Positions 57,102-64,000 of a DNA stretch of 64,000 bases are shown here, one piece after another; the stretch's first letter is position 1, and every line of letters starts with the position of its first letter. The stretch lies in the NCBI RefSeq assembly GCF_964213995.1, contig NW_027590242.1:124001-188000 (forward strand), written 5' to 3'. Made by a program: the position numbers and the translations under genes. This DNA comes from Mustelus asterias. Taxonomy: Eukaryota. The notes under the pieces were generated by a model. It was not told the origin of the DNA and did no database searches. It was given only the letters and a program-made list of their open reading frames with translations.

Positions 57102-59315
57102 GGCAGGGAGAGACAGAGAGAGGGGAAGGGTGAGAGAGGGAGGGAGTCAGAGGGAGCGAGTGAGAAAGAGAGAGAGANNNNNNNNNNNNNNNNNNNNNNN
57201 NNNNNNNNNNNNNNNNNNNNNNNNNNNNNNNNNNNNNNNNNNNNNNNNNNNNNNNNNNNNNNNNNNNNNNNNNNNNNNNNNNNNNNNNNNNNNNNNNNNN
57301 NNNNNNNNNNNNNNNNNGTGGACAGAGAAAGAGAGGCAGGGAGAGAGAGAGAGAGCGAGAGGCAGGAGGGGAAAGAGAGGGAGAGAGACAGGGAGAGAGT
57401 GAGTGAGAGGCAGGTGGACAGAGAAAGAGAGGCAGGGAGAGAGGGAGAGAGAGAGAGAGGAAAAAAAGAGACAGGGAAAGAGAGAAGGGGAGAGGGAGTG
57501 AGACGCAGAGTGAGAGAGAGGCAGGTGGATAGAGAAAGAGAGACGGAGAGAGGGAGAGAGAGAGGAAAGAGAGAGGCAGGGAAAGAGCGACAGAGAGAGG
57601 GAAAGAGAAGGAGAATGTGTGAGAGAGTGAGATGCAGGGAGAGAGAGAGGCAGGGGGAGAGAGAAAGCGAGGCAGGGAGAGAGAGAGAGGCAGGGTCAGT
57701 GAGTGAGTGAGAGAGAGAGAGAGGCAGGGAGAGAGAGGCAGAGAGAGAGGGAGAGAGAGGGGCAGGGGGAGAGAGAGCGAGACGCAGGGACAGAGAGGAA
57801 GGGAGGCAAAGAAAGAGGGGGAGAGAGAGAGGCAGGGAGAGAGGCAGGGAGAGAGTGAGAGAGCGGGAGAGAGGTAGGCAGAGAAAGACAGAGAGAGAGA
57901 GGCGGGGTTGGGGGGGGGGGAGAGAGAGAGAGAGAGAGGCAGGGTGAGAGAGAGAGTGAGAGGCAGGGACAGAGAGGAAGAGAGGCAGGGAGAGAGAAAG
58001 AGAGGCAGGAAGAGAGAGAGGGAGGGAGGGGATAGAGGCTGGAAGAGGGAGGCAGGGAGAATGGCAGAGGGAGAGAGAGGCAGGGGGAGAGAGAGAGAGG
58101 GGGGGAGGCAGGGTGTGACATAGAAGCAGGCAGAAAGAGAGTGAGGCAGGGAGGGAGAGAGCGAGAGGCAGGGAGAGAGAGGAAGAGAGGCAGGGAGAGA
58201 GTGAGAGAGAGAGAGGGGCAGGGAGAGAGAGAAGAGGGTGAGAGAGAGAAGCAGTCAGAGAGAGAGTGAGAGGTAGGGACAGAGAGGAAGAGAGGTAGTG
58301 AGAGAGGGAGAGAGAGAGAGGCAGGGATAGGGAGGCAGGGAGAGAGGCAGGTGGAGAGAAAGGCAGGGAGAGAGCGAGGGAGAGGTAGGGTGTGGCATAG
58401 AAGCAGGCAGAAAGAGACCAAGGCAGGGAGGGAGAGAGCGGGAGGCAGGGAGACAGAGGAAGAGAGGAAGGGGGAGAGTGAGAGAGAGAGAGAGAGAGGC
58501 AGGCAGAGAGAGAGACAGAGAGGGGCAGGGAGAGAGAGAGGGTGAGGGAGAGAAGCAGTCAGAGAGAGAGCGATGGAGAGAGAGAGAGTGAGAAGCAGGG
58601 ACAGAGAGGAACAGAGGTAGTGAGAGAGGGAGAGGGAGAAGGAGAGTGAGGCAGGGAGAGAGAGAGTGTGTGAGAGAGAGGGAGGGTGAGGGGCAGGGAG
58701 AGAGTTAGAGAGAGAGGCACGGAGAGAGAGGGAGAGGCGGGGAGAGAGACAGAGAGAGTATGATAGGCAGGGGGAGGAAGAGAAGGGAAGGGAGAGAGAG
58801 AGGGGGAGGGTGAGAGAGGGAGAGGGGGTCAGGGAGAGAGAGAGAGAGAGAGAGAGCTGGAGAGAGAGAAGCAGGAAGAGAGAGAGGCAGGGAGGGAGGG
58901 AGAGAGAGAGAGAGGTAGGGTGAGAGAGAGAAGCAGTCAGAGAGAGGGCGAGACAGGGAGAGAGATAGTGAGAGGCAATGACAGACAGGAAGAGAGGCAG
59001 GGAGAGAGGAGAGAGAGAGGCAGAGAGAGAGAGAGGCAGGGAGAGAGTGAGGCAGGGGGAGAGAGAGAGGGAGGGGCAGAGAGAGAGGCAGCGAGAGGGA
59101 GGCAGGGAGAGAGGCGGGGGAGAGAGAGGCAGGGAGAGAGAGACAGGGAGAGAGAGAGACAGAGAGAAAGAGGGAGAGACAGGGTGAGACAGAGAAGCAG
59201 GCAGAAAGAGTGAAGCAGAGAGGGAGAGAGCGAGAGGCAGGGAGAGAGAGGAAGAAAGGCAGGGAAAGAGGGAGAGAGAGATGCAGGGAGAGAGTGAGAG
59301 AGAGGGAGAGGCAGG

Positions 59316-59692
59316 CACCGAATAGAGGTGTATAAAATTATGAAAGGCATAGATAGGGTGAACGGTGGGAAGCTTTTTCCCAGATCGAAGGTGACGTTCA
59401 CGAGCGGTCATAGGTTCAAGGTGAGGCGGGGTGGCGGGGGGGGGGGGGAGGTTTAACACGGATATCAGAAGGACGTATTTTACACAGAGGGTGGTGGGGG
59501 CCTGGAATGCGCTACCGGGCAAGGTGGTGGAGGCGGACACACTGGGAACGTTTAAGACTTATCTAGATAGCCATATGAACGGAGTGGGAATGGAGGGATG
59601 CAAAAGAATGGTCTAGTTTGGACCAGGGAGCGGCGCGGGCTTGGAGGGCCGAAGGGCCTGTTCCTGTGCTGTATTGTTCTTTGTTCTTTTGT
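59316..59692 (+). mobile_element. CR1 LINE 3' end
   Basis: IEVYKIMKGIDRV...FTQRVVGAWNALP; TTCTTTG tail. Confidence 0.85.
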
Positions 59693-61765
59693 TCAGCGTG
59701 AGAGAGAGAGGCGGCGGGGGCGCGGGGAGAGACAGGGTGAGAGAGAGAAACAGTCACAGAGAGAGCGAGGCAGACAGAGGGAGAGCAAGAGCAATGGAGA
59801 GAGAGAGCCAGGTAGAGAGTAAGACAGAGGNNNNNNNNNNNNNNNNNNNNNNNNNNNNNNNNNNNNNNNNNNNNNNNNNNNNNNNNNNNNNNNNNNNNNN
59901 NNNNNNNNNNNNNNNNNNNNNNNNNNNNNNNNNNNNNNNNNNNNNNNNNNNNNNNNNNGAGGATGGGAGAGAGGGGGGGTGCTGGGAGCGAGAGACAGGG
60001 GCAGGGAGAGCGAGATGGGGCAGGGAGAGAGAGTGAGGGAAGGAGGGAGAGAGGGGGGAGGAGGGATTCAGAGAGACAAGGGGAGAGAGAGAGAGAGTGA
60101 GAGAGAAATGGAGAGAGGCGGGGGAAAGAAAGGCCGGGATAGAAAGGGAGGCAGGGAGAGGGATAGAAAGGGAGGCAGGGAGAGAGAGAGAGAGAGAGAG
60201 GCAGGGAGAGAGGCAGAGGGAGAGAGATAGAGAGAGAGGCAGGCAGAGAGAGTGAGAAAGAGAGAGGCAGGTAGAGAGAGAGGCAGGGAGAGAGAGAGAG
60301 AGAGAGAGACAGGGTGAGAGAGAGAAGTCAGAGAGAGAGCGAGGCAGGGGGAGAGTGAGAGTGAGAGGCAGGGACAGGGAGAAAGAGAGACAGGGAGAGA
60401 GAGAGACAGAGAGGGAGAGGCCGAGTGTGACATAGAAGCAGGCAGAAAGAGAGTGAGGCAGGGAGGGAGAGAGCGAGAGGCAGGGAGAGAGAGGAAGAGA
60501 GGTAGGGAGAGAGTGAGAGACAGAGAGAGGCAGGGGGAGAGAGAGACAGAGAGGGGCAGGGAGAGAGAGAAGAAGGTGAGAGAGAGAAGCAGTTGGAGAG
60601 AGAGAGCGATGCAGGGAGAGAGAGAGTGAGAGGTAGGGACAGNNNNNNNNNNNNNNNNNNNNNNNNNNNNNNNNNNNNNNNNNNNNNNNNNNNNNNNNNN
60701 NNNNNNNNNNNNNNNNNNNNNNNNNNNNNNNNNNNNNNNNNNNNNNNNNNNNNNNNNNNNNNNNNNNNNNNNNNNNNNNNNNNNNNGAGGCAGGGAGAGT
60801 GAGATAGAGCGAGAGGCAGAGAAAGAGAGGAAGAGAGGGAGGGAGAGAGGGAGAGAGAGAGGCAGGGACAGAGAGAGAGAGAGAGAAACAGGGAGAGAAA
60901 GAGAGAGGCAGGGAGAGAGANNNNNNNNNNNNNNNNNNNNNNNNNNNNNNNNNNNNNNNNNNNNNNNNNNNNNNNNNNNNNNNNNNNNNNNNNNNNNNNN
61001 NNNNNNNNNNNNNNNNNNNNNNNNNNNNNNNNNNNNNNNNNNNNNNNNNNNNNNNNNNNNNNNNNNNNNNNNNNNNNNNNNNNNNNNNNNNNNNNNNNNN
61101 NAGCAGGCAGAGAGAGAGCGAGGCAGGGAGGGAGAGACTGAGTGGCAGGGAGAGAGAGGAAGAGAGGCAGGGAGTGAGGGAGAGTGAGATGCAAGGAGAG
61201 AGAGGCAGGGAGAGAGAGGCAGAGAGAGAGGCAGGGGGAGGGAGAGGCAGTTGGGGAGACAGAGAGAAAAAGAGGCAGGGAGANNNNNNNNNNNNNNNNN
61301 NNNNNNNNNNNNNNNNNNNNNNNNNNNNNNNNNNNNNNNNNNNNNNNNNNNNNNNNNNNNNNNNNNNNNNNNNNNNNNNNNNNNNNNNNNNNNNNNNNNN
61401 NNNNNNNNNNNNNNNNNNNNNNNNNNNNNNNNNNNNNNNNNNNNNNNNNNNNNNNNNNNNNNNNGAGGCAGGGAGAGTGAGATAGAGCGAGAGGCAGAGA
61501 AAGAGAGGAAGAGAGGCAGGGAGAGAGGGAGAGAGAGAGGCAGGGACAGAGAGAGAGAGAGAAACAGGGAGAGAAAGAGATAGGCAGGGAGAGAGAGAAA
61601 GAGGCAGGGGGAGAGAGAGAACAAGGCAGAGAGAGAGAGAGAGAGGTCCAGGGAGAGAGAGGGAGGTGCAGGGAGAGAGAGAGGGAGAGGGAGAGGGAGA
61701 GAGATATAGATAGAGATAGAGGCAGGGAGCGAGACAGCTAGGGGCAGGGATCCAGGGGGTGGGGC

Positions 61766-61821
<56 letters not shown>

Positions 61822-62035
61822 CGACAGACAGAGTGAGGCAGGGGGAAAGAAAGGCAGGGATAGACAGAAAGGCAGTGTGAGATAGAGAGGCAGGGAGAGA
61901 GGGAGAGAGAGTTAGTGGGAGAGAGAGTGAGGCAGGGAGAGGGAGAGAGAGGGTAGGGAGAGACCGAGTGAGGCAAGGACTGAGAGAGGAGGGGGAAGAG
62001 AGAGAGTGAAGCAGGGAGAGAGAGAGAAACAGGGA

Positions 62036-62073
<38 letters not shown>

Positions 62074-62336
62074 CAGGGAGAGAGAGAGAGCAGGGAGAGA
62101 GAGAGAAGCAGGCAGAGAGAGAGCGAGGCAGGGAGAGGGAGACTGAGAGGCAGGGAGAGAGAGGAAGAGAGGCAGGGAGTGAGGGAGAGAGAGATGCAGG
62201 GAGAGAGAGGCAGGGAGAGAGAGTGGCTGGGAGAGAGAGAGAGAGGCAGGGAGAGAGAGGCAGAGAGAGAGGCAGGGGGAGGGAGAGGCAGTTGGGGAGA
62301 CAGAGAGAAAAAGAGGCAGGGAGAGCCAGAGAGGCA

Positions 62337-62373
<37 letters not shown>

Positions 62374-63009
62374 TGGTCCAGGAAGAGAGAGAGAGAGCGC
62401 CAGGGGGAGAGAGGGAGAGAGAGAGAGACAGGGAGCGGGAGAGAGAGAGAGAGGCGGGGGAAGGGGGAGAAAGGGAGAGGGAGAGAGAGGCTGGAAGAGA
62501 GAGAGAGAGAAGGAGCGAGAGAGGGGTAGGGAGAGAGAGAGAGAGAGAGAGGCGGAGAGAGGCAGGGAGAAAGAAAGGCAGGGATAGAGAAAGAGGCAGG
62601 GAGAGAGACAGAGGAAGAGAGATAGAGAGAGAGGCAGGGAGAGAGAGAGAGAGACATGGAGAGAGAGAGAGAGAGGCAGGGGGATAGAGAAAAAGAGGCA
62701 GGAAGAGAGGGAGAGAGAGAGAGAGCGAGGCAGGAACAGAGATAAGCAGAGAGGGAGAGAGACGCAGGGAGAGAGAGAGAGGCTGGAGCAGGTAAAGAGA
62801 CAAATAGAGGGGCAGGGATGGAGGGAGAGTCAGGGAGGGAGAGAGGGAGAGAGGGAGAGAGAGGGAGAGAGAGACAGGGAGTGAGTGAGATAGAGGGGCA
62901 GGGAGAGACAGTGTCTCTTCGCTGAGATTGTGTGCTTTTGCTCACATGGACACTGCATTTCCTTTATCCTAATGATTTGAGAGTATATAGAACTCCCCCC
63001 AAAACTTTA

Positions 63010-63545
63010 GCAGTGTGACAATTCTAATTATCTTCAAGGATCACACCGTGATGCCTCTTGCCCAGAGCAGGGAAAATCCTGACATACATTCCCCTGAATC
63101 GCCTACTTCCTGTGGCTGAGAATATCCTCCCAGGGTCACAGCGCGGAGATTTCCTGTCCCACTCACGGCAATATTCGCCACTGGTGGGACCAGAAAATCC
63201 CTCTGACAGTGCAGCTTTAGGACTTCCAGAGGAACCTCATGGTCTTCGTTGCCAGACAAATCCAAGAAGATTCGAGAACCACATCAGGAACTTTTTGTTG
63301 CATTCATTGACCTGCCCAAAACATTTGACTCAGCAAATTGTGAGGCTTTGAGGAATGTGCTTCCAAGAGAATTTATCTGCAGTTGCTTTACGATGATCTG
63401 GCTGCAGCCATCCTGCATGGGAAATCTGAGTAAGAAGTTTAACAACACCAGACTTGTTTGATATCCTGACTGGCATCAAACAAAGCTGTGTAAAAACCTT
63501 CACACTATTTACAATCTTCCCAATAGCCAATGTTCACTGCATCAA
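63010..63545 (+). mobile_element. RTE-clade LINE RT fragment, degenerate
   Basis: KILTYIPLNRLLPVAENILPGSQ; ELFVAFIDLPKTFDS; FDILTGIKQSC. Confidence 0.7.
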
Positions 63546-63569
63546 ATATGATCCAAGTGTCAATATTTT

Positions 63570-63722
63570 TATAGAATCTACAGTGCAGAAGGAGGCCATT
63601 TGGCCCATCGAGCCTACACCGACAACAATCCCACCTAGTCCCTATCCCCATAACCCCACATGTTTAACTTCCATTCCCCCTGACACTAAGGGGTAATTTA
63701 TCATGACCAATCAATCTATCCC
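63570..63722 (-). mobile_element. HE1-type SINE 3' part
   Basis: Similar to 27415-27570. Confidence 0.75.
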
Positions 63723-64000
63723 ATTGGGAGAGACAGAGAGAGGGGCACGGAGGGAGAGAGAGAGAGGCAGGGAGAGATAGAGCGAGTAGGGCAAGGAGAG
63801 GAAGAGAGAGAGATTCAGGGAGAGAGAGGAAGAGAGGCAAAGAGAGAGAGGCAGGGAGAGAGAGAAAGAGAGAGAGAGAGAGACAAAGAAAGAGAGATGC
63901 AGGGAGAGAGGGAGATAGAGGGGCAGGGAGAGAGAGACGTAAGGAGAGAGAGAGAGAGGCAGGAAGGGGGAGAGAGAGAGAGGCAGGGAGGGAGAGGGAG

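Larger units (their letters stand above)
55712..64000. repeat. GA-rich satellite (GAGAGGCAGGGAGA-type) with five N gaps and inserted retroelements
   Basis: Almost pure purine plus strand; gaps at 57178, 59831, 60643, 60921, 61284. Confidence 0.92.

Noticed and set aside
60787-62325. Duplicated blocks (~60790 vs ~61465; ~61102 vs ~62105)
   Set aside because: Flanked by N gaps in satellite; likely assembly redundancy
53333-62945. Very long ORFs (up to 1063 aa) rich in SLSL or ERER
   Set aside because: Translations of CT/GA satellite that lacks stop codons and spans N gaps; not genes

Overview
Eukaryotic genomic DNA from a cartilaginous fish (shark), judged from HE1-type SINEs, HER1/CR1 LINEs and elasmobranch-type satellites. 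The first ~29 kb is a T-cell receptor alpha/delta-type V-segment cluster. It holds five structurally intact leader+V genes with 3' RSSs (5227-5678 -, 10202-10668 +, 13693-14197 +, 19490-20412 +, 21944-22406 -), three V pseudogenes, one N-terminal V relic and two orphan promoter/leader relics, in mixed orientation. I found no D, J or C segments. At 40826-44591 (-) are four in-phase exons of an unannotated Ig-superfamily receptor: a CD2/SLAM-like C2 Ig domain, a transmembrane exon, a basic micro-exon and a long tail carrying a canonical ITAM. This is the most interesting element in the window. The rest is mostly transposable-element derived: CR1 LINEs (one with an intact 1001-codon ORF2), Rex1/Babar, L1-Tx1, RTE, Penelope elements with hammerhead-ribozyme motifs, a Harbinger fragment and SINEs. 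There are also three tRNA pseudogenes, several minisatellites and a ~10 kb CT/GA low-complexity block with assembly gaps. Family names come from motif recognition only; no database search was run.
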